Shown here: positions 8,701 to 16,003 of the stretch, piece after piece
Layout: the number at the start of each line of letters is the position of its first letter
Numbering within the stretch: position 1 is the first letter of the stretch
Assembly (NCBI GenBank): GCA_037381445.1
Contig: JARRQT010000019.1
Coordinates: 1-26,006 of the forward strand
Length of the DNA: 26,006 bases
Direction of reading: 5' to 3'
DNA from: Calditrichia bacterium
Lineage (GTDB): Bacteria > Calditrichota > Calditrichia > RBG-13-44-9
Notes under the pieces: generated by a model
The model's database searches: none
What the model saw: the letters and a program-made list of their open reading frames with translations, nothing else
Told to the model about the DNA's origin: nothing
Translations under genes and position numbers: made by a program

Positions 8701-9849
8701 CGGATACCAAAGCTGGCCCCCGTTTTCGGAAACATAGAAATCCGAATTCAAGCCGTTTTCCACGGATATATAGATTCTCGAGGTGTCCGTTGGGGCGACA
8801 GCCAGTTCTATTCGGCCGGAAGTGCCGATGCCCTGCGAAGAAAGTTGCCAGGTGTCGCCGCCGTCCGTTGATTTCAAAACACCTGTTCCATTAACGGTTG
8901 CATAAAGTGTATTAAAATTTTCGGGATTTGCTGCAAGTTGCTGGATCCTGGCGCCGTTGCTTAAATAAACTCTGCTCCAGCTTTCACCGCCATCTACGGA
9001 TTTATAAATTCCCGATGAGCGGATGCCGGAAGGCAGATAAAATCCGCCATTTGCACACGCCAGTACGATGTCAGCATTTTGGGGATCGACAACGATACGG
9101 TTTACATTCTGAAAATCGGGATTATCCGCAGTGGAGGCCAGCTGCAGCCAGGTTTCACCGCGATCTGTTGATTTAAAAATCCCGTTGCCGTTTACGGCAT
9201 CCACGTTGAAAAATCCTTCTCCGGTACCGGCGTAAATGATGTCGTGATTTGATTCGGCCATGGCTAAGACGGTAGTGGCCAGATTCGGTAATTCTGTTGT
9301 TTTATTGACCCATGTTTGACCGGCATTGGTGGTTTTCCAAATACCGCCCCCCACCGAGCCTGCAAACCAGGTGCGATGGCCGGGATCATCCGGATCGACG
9401 ATAAGACCTCGTGTCCGCCCGCTCACATTTCCCGGACCTCTTTCAATCCACGGCAGAGCTGCCGCCTTTTTCTGAAACAGATTCCGAGAAACTGCCGTCC
9501 GGGCTTTCTGCAATTCGTTCATTTTATAATTGAGCGCATAAGCCGGTTTCTTTTCATTTTCTCTGGTGCGGATTTCATTATAAATCTCAACGAATTTATT
9601 GGGCTCATCACTTGGTGTGAAGCCTTTGACCCGCTTTTTTCGCTCAGACATTGCCGATTTTTTATCAAATATCTCCTCTTCTTCGTCAGCATCGGAGTCT
9701 ATTCCGGATTCGCGGTTCGCGTCAGGCAAGCGGACAGCGATTTTTTCTGTTTTTATTCTAAACTGTTCAGAGCGTTTGGCTTTAAAAAACACTATCACAA
9801 TCATCAGAACGGCGATTAAACCGAGTGCCATTGACAACCTGTTTTTCAT
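5731..9849 (-). CDS. secreted VPS10/BNR (Asp-box) beta-propeller protein, glycoside-hydrolase-like, with T9SS type-A/FlgD-like C-terminal sorting domain
   Basis: N-terminal hydrophobic signal, then WIERGPGNVSGRTR. About 11 Asp-box repeats (e.g. KTTNAGQTW, KSTDRGETW, KSVDGGESW, RSLDGGNSW, ESVDGGQSW), plus HVDHH, GGTQDNGT and ATHGRGIW. C-terminus LEQNYPNPFNPST...SGVYFYRI...TKKLLLLK. GGGGAG RBS. Confidence 0.88.
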   Translation of the reverse strand: MKNRLSMALGLIAVLMIVIVFFKAKRSEQFRIKTEKIAVRLPDANRESGIDSDADEEEEIFDKKSAMSERKKRVKGFTPSDEPNKFVEIYNEIRTRENEKKPAYALNYKMNELQKARTAVSRNLFQKKAAALPWIERGPGNVSGRTRGLIVDPDDPGHRTWFAGSVGGGIWKTTNAGQTWVNKTTELPNLATTVLAMAESNHDIIYAGTGEGFFNVDAVNGNGIFKSTDRGETWLQLASTADNPDFQNVNRIVVDPQNADIVLACANGGFYLPSGIRSSGIYKSVDGGESWSRVYLSNGARIQQLAANPENFNTLYATVNGTGVLKSTDGGDTWQLSSQGIGTSGRIELAVAPTDTSRIYISVENGLNSDFYVSENGGQLWYPVNDISGTNPAWLGSQGWYDNTIAVHPFNEDIIFVGGINIWKIEMQPDADTSSGVTGVDQQGTNSFLSFVSWGGSYAGGGIGTGEEFLGAYDVAASDYVSVEIRFGPGQSQKAFRFTLDEATGNYIYQDFVEVPFEVWDIKNNIQLNASFRDWANDGSFDLSSPSTPIPREYLFVNATPYDPANPDTSYQKSNGFARKSIYAMWPVLAAGAVWNPTSLPESVLRIRYSNQIITKTRTSTPVTDGYGQYGAAYVHVDHHNLIMVPVDQAANQFWIINGNDGGVAYSMNGGNSWNSPLAGYNTTQFYGADKKPGANEYIGGTQDNGTWQSAPGDDAGATSAYRRVIGGDGFEVSWNYRDGNKILGSSQYNSIWRSLDGGNSWAPARNGLQNLGASGGGPFITKLAKTNSDPDLVFAVGSSGVWRTDTFGSRWTLSPITSGWGFSSSFTEIKVSLANPQIVWTGAYMGTAGRVFVSVDGGLTFNPTNNFTDVPMGRISGLATHSLEDSTAYALFSFAHAPKILRTRDLGQTWEDISGFEQNSESTTGFPDVATYCLLVMPYNPDIMWAGTEIGIFESVDGGQSWAYADNSLPAVAVWDLAIVDDQVVAATHGRGIWSVTLPELAGYKPPVVTLSPRLNQSAQQPTGNLVIDASLRSVYDSTLVMIDNLRYLTILSDAAKDTLLTLAFPVSDPGTINVYLTSYKNGMEYKSSAQKVNLFPLSEPQAWYANNFNEPSSDFVGTGFEISTPAGFSNPSINSAHPYPDNTENTYQLMVPIEVAPDNATFTYDDIAIVEPGEPGSVYGDALFWDYVIAEGTSDGVNWIPLLAGYDARYDAAWLNAYNGGAINQSLYRKHSINLLDKFSAGDKILLRFRLFADANTHGWGWSIDNVRVQAPATDIAQPASLPRTYALEQNYPNPFNPSTNIRFSIPRVSNVTLKVYDGLGREVAILVNKRMRPGRYDITWNAESMASGVYFYRIQAGSFIQTKKLLLLK

Positions 9850-10001
9850 TTTATCTCCCCATATTTTTCAGTCAGATATTGTGGGCTTCCATCATCCGGA
9901 GGCTGTGCTTTAATTCAATCGGTTAGCTTTCCGGTAGGGAAGTGAAAATCTTTTAGCGGTGAACCCTGCATAGATATAATAATTTTTCCATATATCTTAA
10001 T

Positions 10002-10448
10002 TTATTTGACCTTTCCCGGCGTATTTTTCACTACCTTCTTTCCTGTCTGCAGGTCATAAATATAGCCTGTAAGTATATTTTCTTCATCTCCTCTTATGAT
10101 TTCAGGGATGTAAGAAATTTCCAACTGATGCTTATTTTTCCATTCCACATGACCATTCGACAGATTATCTTCATAGACGACTTTATTGGTGATTAAATTG
10201 TATACCATAAATCTGGTGCGGGGCTGAGGATTTAGGGCTGTTGGTTTATCTCCTGAAACACATAAAACATAAGAACTGTCCTGATTGAAGGAATATTTCA
10301 CGGCTTTGCCCAATTCTTTCTCGGCAACCGATTTGTATCTCTCCGCGGCAGGAGGCTGGATATGGCTGCCATTGGTAGAAGCGCAAGCGATTAACAGGAC
10401 GCCAAGAAACGGAAATAAGGCGGCAAACCGTCTGCTCTCAAACTTCAT
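10002..10448 (-). CDS. hypothetical lipoprotein
   Basis: 148-aa ORF with a basic N-terminus, hydrophobic stretch and lipobox LIA-C22. Beta-strand-rich mature part. AAAGGG RBS. Confidence 0.75.
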   Translation of the reverse strand: MKFESRRFAALFPFLGVLLIACASTNGSHIQPPAAERYKSVAEKELGKAVKYSFNQDSSYVLCVSGDKPTALNPQPRTRFMVYNLITNKVVYEDNLSNGHVEWKNKHQLEISYIPEIIRGDEENILTGYIYDLQTGKKVVKNTPGKVK

Positions 10449-10996
10449 TTTTACCCTTTCTCATACTGACGACTCCTCAATAAAAAATTCCGCCAGAACC
10501 GCTCATCTTTATTATAGCCACGGAACCTTATGTTGCGCTGTGAATCATGGCATTTATTATTGATTGTTATTAAAAATGGGAAAGAACACAGATCCTGAAG
10601 GAAAATTTGCCGTGCAAATCTCTTCGAACCGGAAAAATCAATTCCATCCCATCAAATTGAACTCATCAGGGTTTGATTCAAAAAAACTGCTCTATGTCTA
10701 AATTGCCGGGAATCTCACAGTATGATTCGGGACTGTTCGGTTCAGACCAAAGATGCTGAAAATCTGACTATTCAGCGTTGGATTATAATACGATTTGGCA
10801 GCCATTCCAAGAAAAAATATGAATGTAGTATCTTTTTCAGTTCTATAGATATGAACAAAATGCCGAAGATAAAGCCCGTTTTTTAATTTCCGGGGATTAT
10901 CCCTCTCTTCAAATCAGAATGTCGCTGTTCGACAGTATTTGCCCTCGGCTATTCTCCTGCCTGATAAATAATCATCTCATATAATTCCGGATACGC

Positions 10997-12262
10997 TCAA
11001 ATGTTGCTGGCGACCTCCTGAATTTGCCGGAGAAGGGTTTCCGGATCGGTGGCGTGAGGCGAATAATCCGGGTCCAGGATGTCCAATTGCCGGGATGAAT
11101 TTATGAAATCGCCCAGACTGTAATAGGACAGAACAACAATGAGACGGATCTTCCTGAAATAGACGGTGGAATCATGTATAAAGTAATAGGAGGGGGCCGT
11201 GGCCAGTAACGGAGCGGCAGCATCAATGGCATTTTCGTATTCATCAAGCACATGATAGACGATTGCCAAACCGGCGCGCGAGTTCATCCCGGTTTCGGTT
11301 GCGCTCTCCTTAATGTTCAACGAAGCCGCAAATTCCAATTCGGCAGCCGCGAAATTCCGCAGATAGGCATCGCTCCAACCCTTTCCGGACTGTGCCTCCG
11401 ATCTCAACGGAAGATAATATGGGCTCAGAATACTTATCAGGAGGGCTGCATCGAATTCATTTTTAGCGTTTTGATACGATTGACTTTCGAAATAATTCCA
11501 GCCATTCTGAAGATGATTCTCTATTTCGGGGGTCTTGTCAATCTGTCCGGCAAGCGGGATCACGATGGGTGTCGCTTGTTGATTTGCATTATGCTGAATT
11601 GTCAGCAGGCCCGCGTATGCTTCCGAAGCATCGGCCTGTAATCGAACAATAATCCGGGCGGAATCTCCCGGCAGCAGCGAAAAATTTCCTCCACCCTGCA
11701 GGATCTGGAAATTGGCGCCGGTCAGTGTCACACTGCCGCCCAGTTCCCCGCCCGAATCCGCATCATTTTTGATGTACAGAGAATCATCCTTAAATTGTCC
11801 CTGTTTCACCAGACCAAAATCCAATGTGTCATTCGAGATATGGATATTGACGGAGAGATTCGCGTTCCCGCTTAGTTGGATGAAAAGAGGGCTCTCCGCA
11901 TTGGTCGCATTATGGGTTAAAGAAATAGTCCCTGTGTTTTGGCCCGCAGAAACCGGAGTGTATCTTACGGAGAATGATTTTTCTTCTCCCGGGGATAAAT
12001 TAAAATCCTGGTCATTCTGCAGAGAGAAGCCTTCCCCGGATATTACTGCTTTCCCCAGCAGGCCGTCCTCTGAACCGGCCTCATTGGTTATGGTGAAAGA
12101 GGTGTCCCGGCTCTGGCCGACAAAAACATTCCCGAAATTCAGGCTGTGCTGATTAAGGGTCAGATTGATTGTTTGGGGCTGCGGTTTGGTCGAATCCTTG
12201 CCGCAGGAAAACAGCATTATTAACATTCCAAGCGAAACAATCACAAAAATTTTCGATGTCAT
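10997..12262 (-). CDS. lipoprotein with two ASH/choice-of-anchor-D Ig-like domains and a C-terminal TPR region
   Basis: Lipobox LFS-C20. Two homologous ~95-aa repeats: LNFGNV...ITN...LSPGEE...THNATN..SPL..LSG and LDFGLV...IKN...LLPGDS...QHNANQ..TPI..LAG. Helical tail GWNYFE..Y.NA..EF..A / GKGWS / AGLAIVY. Confidence 0.8.
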   Translation of the reverse strand: MTSKIFVIVSLGMLIMLFSCGKDSTKPQPQTINLTLNQHSLNFGNVFVGQSRDTSFTITNEAGSEDGLLGKAVISGEGFSLQNDQDFNLSPGEEKSFSVRYTPVSAGQNTGTISLTHNATNAESPLFIQLSGNANLSVNIHISNDTLDFGLVKQGQFKDDSLYIKNDADSGGELGGSVTLTGANFQILQGGGNFSLLPGDSARIIVRLQADASEAYAGLLTIQHNANQQATPIVIPLAGQIDKTPEIENHLQNGWNYFESQSYQNAKNEFDAALLISILSPYYLPLRSEAQSGKGWSDAYLRNFAAAELEFAASLNIKESATETGMNSRAGLAIVYHVLDEYENAIDAAAPLLATAPSYYFIHDSTVYFRKIRLIVVLSYYSLGDFINSSRQLDILDPDYSPHATDPETLLRQIQEVASNI

Positions 12263-12278
12263 GAATCGGTTCCTTTAC

Positions 12279-15200
12279 CTATTTGGCCAGCAGCATTTTG
12301 ATGCTTTTCGTAAAAGCGTGAGTTCTGATCTGGCAGACGTAAATTCCGCTGCCAACCTGCGCCCCGTTCTTTCCGCGACCGTCCCAGCTTATCCGATAGC
12401 TTCCTGCCGGCTTTATGCTGTTCACAAGCGTGCGGACCTCTCTGCCCAGGATATCAAATATTTTTATACTAACGTGGCTCTTTTCGGGGATATCAAAATG
12501 GATATCCGTAGCGGGATTAAATGGATTGGGGAAGTTTTGATACAACTGAAATTTAATTGGCATATTCCCGGATATTTCCCATAGGTCGGACGCTGATCCT
12601 TTGCGGATCAGAACAAAGTGTCCGAGTCGGTGAACCTCGGCTTCCACATAACCATCTGGCGTTATGATGCTGCTATTGACAGGGGTCCAGTGGTCAGTGT
12701 CCCAGCAGGCAATCGCCAACTCTTCCGGATTTACCGATGAAAGCAGCTCTGGCTGAACTTTTATTCTGATTTTTCCCGGTGTCTGCAATTCCAAACCGAC
12801 CGGACTCACTGTAAAGACAGGACTGTATTTTTCAGCCTGCGAATGTTCGATTTCTTTGTTGGTAAGGTCGGAATTGCCTTTAAATGCAATAACATAACTG
12901 TTTTTTGCCAGTGAGGCGGCCGGGAAATCCACGACTAGGTTATTTTGCAGATCCGCAACAGTTCCTCCCGCGGCAGCATTAATCAAAACTGCGTTGAAGC
13001 TAATTGTCGTATCCGCGTAGATCATTCCGTATTTTGTTTTTCCTTGAATTTGCACGTCAACCGGGCCGCTCTCCTTCAACGTTATCTTATTGTCAGTCAG
13101 GATTGCCTCATTTGAATTGGGTAATGGAAGCAATTCCAGCGTATCTTTGTCTGTCCCCTGGATCAGGATGGAGGTCAGCCTGTCCGCGCTCAACCGAGAA
13201 GATCCCGCAATGAAGAGATCAAGATTCTCCGTAAATACCGGATTCTGGAAATAGCCCAGATAAAAGCGCGGCGTTGTCGTGTCTGCATAGGAGAATACAG
13301 CGCGCATCATCATGTTAAAACCCGCCAGATTAACGCCGTCGACGCTGAGATTAGACAGTGGAATCCATTGATCGGGAGGCTTGGAATCCGGCACAAAATA
13401 CGCGTAGGTGTAATTCTCGCTGGATGAATTGTCCATCCCCACATAGGTACCCAGAGTATCATTATCGATGAACCCAAGATAAACAGTGTCCAATCCCGTC
13501 AGCTTCTGCTGATAGGCGCTCAGGTCAATGTCCAGAAAAGCCCCGGTATTAGAGGACCGGTCAGTGGACACGGTGAAAGGAGGAATCAGATCGTTGCCAG
13601 GCAAACCTTTATTGTTATCCCAAACATGAAAGATGAAATCTTTAGGAGCATCCGGCGGCACTTCCGAACCCTGAAACTCCTGATCAAACGCAGCGAGTAT
13701 TTGAGCCGATATCAACTGGTTCTGCGGAATTTCCGGCGCAAATTTAACCGCCCAACCATATCCATCCGAGTTTGAACCGAATCCCAGATATGTGGCGCCT
13801 CCGCTGAAGTTATCCGGTATACCGTCGTCATATTTCTGCTCTACATAGAAAGCCTGCTGAGTCCCGGTTGAGGAATATGAATAGGTCCCTGCGAATGAAT
13901 TCGGATTCACAACCGCGAAAACGACTCGGTCGACACTGCTGCCGAATTCAGGCATCGAATAGGGGGCTGAAAGCAGTACATTCTCCATCGTAGTCCCGTC
14001 ATCTCCAAACTTAAAAGCCGTAATAGAGACAGGGGAAGCGCTTTCGAACTCTATCTGCAAAGATTGCCCGTATGAGTAAACGATATAGTCAACCGCATAT
14101 GGCTGAACTGTTTCGCCAGAAATCGTTTGGTTCGGCTCCGAATAATTGGCGGTAGGCGTTGGGAGCATCGTCAAAGGATAGGAATACCCATATGCCGCAT
14201 TGATGGCGGGATTGTTCAGATAATTTGCAATGGTCCAATTTGTAAACAAGCTTTCAAATGTGATATTCAGGCCTTCATTGTCTATGGTCTGCTGAAAGCC
14301 GGGTATGCCGTGCTTTGGTTCAGAAACCAATTCTTTTAAGAAAGGATCACCCAGTTGCTCATCATAATAGAGGGCAAACAAGGCGGCCCGGGAGTAGTCG
14401 TTTAGCACACTTGAACTTAAATTGTCCCAATCCAGAAGCGGGATGTCCGTATCGGAGAGGTAACCGGCGGGACTTCGCAGCGGATAGCCGCATATCACCT
14501 CCGCAATTTCCGAAAGTCCCTCATTGAAGAAAGTGGTTTCATATCTGTCATAACGGTAGTGAATCAGATGCTGAAGTTCATGGGCAAGGGTGCTCAGCGG
14601 CTGAGCGGGATCCCTGCTGCCGTTATAATAGATGCCCGGGTAAGAATCGATGTAAAGGAGATCGCGCTGGTTGCTTCCCGTATTGGATGTCTGGTCCCAG
14701 GGGCTGAAGAATCCCGCAATATAGCCCCCGCCGGGCTGCCAGCCATCTTTAATATCTGTGACTAAAAAATCAGTCTTCTGATCATTATCGTAATCAGGGG
14801 GATCGCCAAAATACTGCTGATCAAGCTTTACGATACCTTCTTGCGGATTTCGGGAAGCAGCCGGAGTTTTATTTTCCAGGGATTTTAAGATGGCGTCGAT
14901 TTCAGCTTGTGTGATATGTTCATTATTCAATTCCGTGGTATCCACCCAAACCTGGCTAAGGCTTCCGACTGCCTGGAGCTTGCATACAACCAAATCATAG
15001 TCATTGCTGGTAAAATTGTAAACGAAAAAGCTGTCGATGTCACCCACGGCATATTCCGATTTTATAAATTCATCTTTTTGAACCGCATTGACCATGGAGG
15101 CGTAGATGCGGGGATTTGCGCTGCGGGTGTTCTCAATTGCTTTTTGGAGGACTTCATCTGTGAGCAAAACAGTCCCGCAAAGCGCTTCTCCTTTGGTCGT

Positions 15201-15317
15201 AAACTGGGAATCATCTGTGTTAACGCCCTGGTTTTTATTCAGGAGACTAAATGTCTGGGCAAACGATAGACTCAAAAGAATAGTCAGAAACAGTATAATT
15301 CTGGGCACCATACACAT
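12279..15317 (-). CDS. secreted zinc metallopeptidase (gluzincin, M30/hyicolysin-like) with C-terminal FlgD-Ig/T9SS type-A sorting domain
   Basis: Signal peptide ending SFA-Q and a propeptide CGT. TLAHELQHLIH (HExxH at 14568-14582) is followed by FFNEGLSEIAE, giving a third-ligand Glu. IAGFF and LLYID motifs. C-terminus LYQNFPNPFNPAT...WDG...SGIY...KMLLAK. The start could be Met3. Confidence 0.85.
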   Translation of the reverse strand: MCMVPRIILFLTILLSLSFAQTFSLLNKNQGVNTDDSQFTTKGEALCGTVLLTDEVLQKAIENTRSANPRIYASMVNAVQKDEFIKSEYAVGDIDSFFVYNFTSNDYDLVVCKLQAVGSLSQVWVDTTELNNEHITQAEIDAILKSLENKTPAASRNPQEGIVKLDQQYFGDPPDYDNDQKTDFLVTDIKDGWQPGGGYIAGFFSPWDQTSNTGSNQRDLLYIDSYPGIYYNGSRDPAQPLSTLAHELQHLIHYRYDRYETTFFNEGLSEIAEVICGYPLRSPAGYLSDTDIPLLDWDNLSSSVLNDYSRAALFALYYDEQLGDPFLKELVSEPKHGIPGFQQTIDNEGLNITFESLFTNWTIANYLNNPAINAAYGYSYPLTMLPTPTANYSEPNQTISGETVQPYAVDYIVYSYGQSLQIEFESASPVSITAFKFGDDGTTMENVLLSAPYSMPEFGSSVDRVVFAVVNPNSFAGTYSYSSTGTQQAFYVEQKYDDGIPDNFSGGATYLGFGSNSDGYGWAVKFAPEIPQNQLISAQILAAFDQEFQGSEVPPDAPKDFIFHVWDNNKGLPGNDLIPPFTVSTDRSSNTGAFLDIDLSAYQQKLTGLDTVYLGFIDNDTLGTYVGMDNSSSENYTYAYFVPDSKPPDQWIPLSNLSVDGVNLAGFNMMMRAVFSYADTTTPRFYLGYFQNPVFTENLDLFIAGSSRLSADRLTSILIQGTDKDTLELLPLPNSNEAILTDNKITLKESGPVDVQIQGKTKYGMIYADTTISFNAVLINAAAGGTVADLQNNLVVDFPAASLAKNSYVIAFKGNSDLTNKEIEHSQAEKYSPVFTVSPVGLELQTPGKIRIKVQPELLSSVNPEELAIACWDTDHWTPVNSSIITPDGYVEAEVHRLGHFVLIRKGSASDLWEISGNMPIKFQLYQNFPNPFNPATDIHFDIPEKSHVSIKIFDILGREVRTLVNSIKPAGSYRISWDGRGKNGAQVGSGIYVCQIRTHAFTKSIKMLLAK

Positions 15318-15320
15318 TCC

Positions 15321-15641
15321 TTATTTTAGATTTGTCTGATAGTCGATGACATAAATTTGATTTTCGGCCGGATTATCATGTCTGCGAATTTTCAAGGTGA
15401 GGATTTGTCCCTGCCTTTTCCACAGTTCCGGATAAACCGGAGATTCTTTTGAGATTATAAGAATTTTATCCGGGTCAATCTCCAAAACAAGCCGGGTGAA
15501 AGGCTCACTGCCAATTACATATAATTTTCCTGTGAGCGCTTTGAGGGTGCCGGTATTGCCTGGATGGGGCGTGCAGGAGTTCATTAGGAGAAGGCAAAAC
15601 AGAATGACAGATTTGCCAAAATTTATTTTCCTTGTAAACAA
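15321..15641 (-). CDS. small hypothetical lipoprotein (OB-fold-like beta protein)
   Basis: TTG start with AAGAGA upstream and lipobox-like MNS-C23. LTGKLYVIGSEPFTRLVL motif. Ends 3 nt before the protease start. Confidence 0.65.
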   Translation of the reverse strand: MFTRKINFGKSVILFCLLLMNSCTPHPGNTGTLKALTGKLYVIGSEPFTRLVLEIDPDKILIISKESPVYPELWKRQGQILTLKIRRHDNPAENQIYVIDYQTNLK

Positions 15642-15941
15642 TGCATGAATTCTCTTTTTAATGTTCGCTCAAAAATTTAATACCGAACCTATGTCAATAT
15701 TAAGCAAAAAATTTTACGCCAAAGCAAAAAAATGAAATCAACTGTTGGCAGCTTTGTTTGCTTATCCTGAAAAAGAAAAATGAACTTTTCTATAATGAAG
15801 ATGTAAATCATGATATAAATCAAAAAAATAGTAGTATTTCTGATTAATAAGTGTCTGGTTTCGGTGAGAAGGAAACGAAAAGCAAATCCTGATTTTCATA
15901 TCTAAAGGCTTAAATGGGAATATAATTCTTTAATAATCTGC

Positions 15942-15971
15942 TTTACTTTTCCTGTGCCGGACGATTATAAT
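15942..15971 (+). promoter_or_regulatory. putative sigma70-type promoter for the slt-like gene
   Basis: TTTACT (15942-15947), 18-nt spacer, TATAAT (15966-15971), in the AT-rich divergent intergenic region. Confidence 0.4.
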
Positions 15972-16003
15972 ATTAGTGGATATTAATTAAGTCAGTTGGA
16001 ATT

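Noticed and set aside
9850..10001. Possible riboswitch in the leader of the propeller gene
   Set aside because: Only a short imperfect hairpin (GCCTCCGG-ATGA-TGGAAGC on the - strand) is present, with no recognisable aptamer consensus.
5731..12560. Similar C-terminal sequences of the two secreted proteins as a possible DGR target/template pair or recent duplication
   Set aside because: The similarity is at the protein-motif level (NYPNPFNP versus NFPNPFNP) with diverged DNA. There is no adenine-specific pattern and no reverse transcriptase in the window.
15692..15697. Perfect TTGACA on the - strand upstream of the protease operon
   Set aside because: There is no acceptable -10 hexamer at 16-18 nt spacing, so a promoter cannot be assigned.
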